In this document: piece after piece, positions 63,649-64,000 of the stretch | Layout of the letters: the number at the start of each line of letters is the position of its first letter | Numbering within the stretch: the first letter of the stretch is position 1 | DNA from: Paecilomyces variotii | Taxonomy: Eukaryota | Assembly: GCA_004022145.1 (NCBI GenBank) | Contig: RCNU01000008.1 | DNA length: 64,000 nt | Reading direction: 5' to 3' (one strand) | Position numbers and translations under genes: made by a program | The notes under the pieces: model-generated | What the model saw: the letters and a program-made list of their open reading frames with translations, nothing else | The model's database searches: none | Told to the model about the DNA's origin: nothing

Positions 63649-64000
63649 ATGGAGAAGTCTTCTGCTCCGCTTGAGCGGTCTCAGGATGACTTGCTTCGCA
63701 CAGCCGCCCTTTCAACGTCAGCCGGCTTCAGAACGCGACGCGATCGTACTATCTCCCGGATATTCCGTCGCGTCCTAACTGCCGTATGCTTCGGCTTGGT
63801 GATCTACATCTTTCTGAGTCGCTTCAGCACCAGCCGTACTCATACACACGCATCTTCCCACAACGAGGAACTTCAAGCGGTCAGCGGAAAGCGTCCAAAT
63901 GGGGACCACGACACTGAAGAGGCGTTTCCGCTCTCGTCGGCCTCGTCGAAACGAGTGCCGTTGGAGGCTCACATCATGAGCAAATGTCCAGATGCCCAGG
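63649..64000 (+). CDS. GILT (gamma-interferon-inducible lysosomal thiol reductase) family protein, 3' truncated
   Basis: Not in the ORF track because there is no stop inside the window. Open frame MEKSS...hydrophobic anchor VLTAVCFGLVIYIFL...KRVPLEAHIMSKCPDAQ, which matches the fungal GILT active-site region. Confidence 0.82.
   Translation, partial: MEKSSAPLERSQDDLLRTAALSTSAGFRTRRDRTISRIFRRVLTAVCFGLVIYIFLSRFSTSRTHTHASSHNEELQAVSGKRPNGDHDTEEAFPLSSASSKRVPLEAHIMSKCPDAQ

Noticed and set aside
63775..63972. 65-aa minus-strand ORF
   Set aside because: It is antisense to the GILT coding frame.

Overview
Gene-dense eukaryotic DNA from a filamentous ascomycete. The genes look Eurotiales/Aspergillus-like: short GT-AG introns with CTRAY branch sites, an xlnR gene and a dispersed 5S rRNA gene. 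I can model about 25 protein genes. Conserved genes: DDHD phospholipase, gephyrin/cnxE, V-ATPase c'' (vma16), Rab6, Kei1, sulfite reductase beta subunit, Pol III subunit Rpc5, mitochondrial RNA polymerase, XlnR, a PflX-like radical SAM protein, TMEM19/DUF92, Egt1, an ALDH, TFIIA-gamma, an atypical hexokinase and the 5' end of a GILT thiol reductase. RNA genes: tRNA-Val(AAC) and 5S rRNA. Two accessory-looking blocks sit beside these Pol III genes. The first (32.8-38.0 kb) holds an intronless, strongly bacterial-like NtaA/DszA-type FMN monooxygenase with a ~70-nt poly(A) leader, then two tandem orphan coiled-coil/TPR-like genes, one split by a single in-frame TAG. The second (43.7-48.3 kb) holds a divergent kinase-fold gene and an orphan gene whose spliced N-terminus carries an 8-ligand Cys/His zinc motif. 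Several features are invisible in the ORF track and appear only after manual splicing, including a 96-aa MGC-/CRIB-like microprotein and an xlnR leader intron with a uORF. All identifications come from motif recognition by eye; no searches were run.
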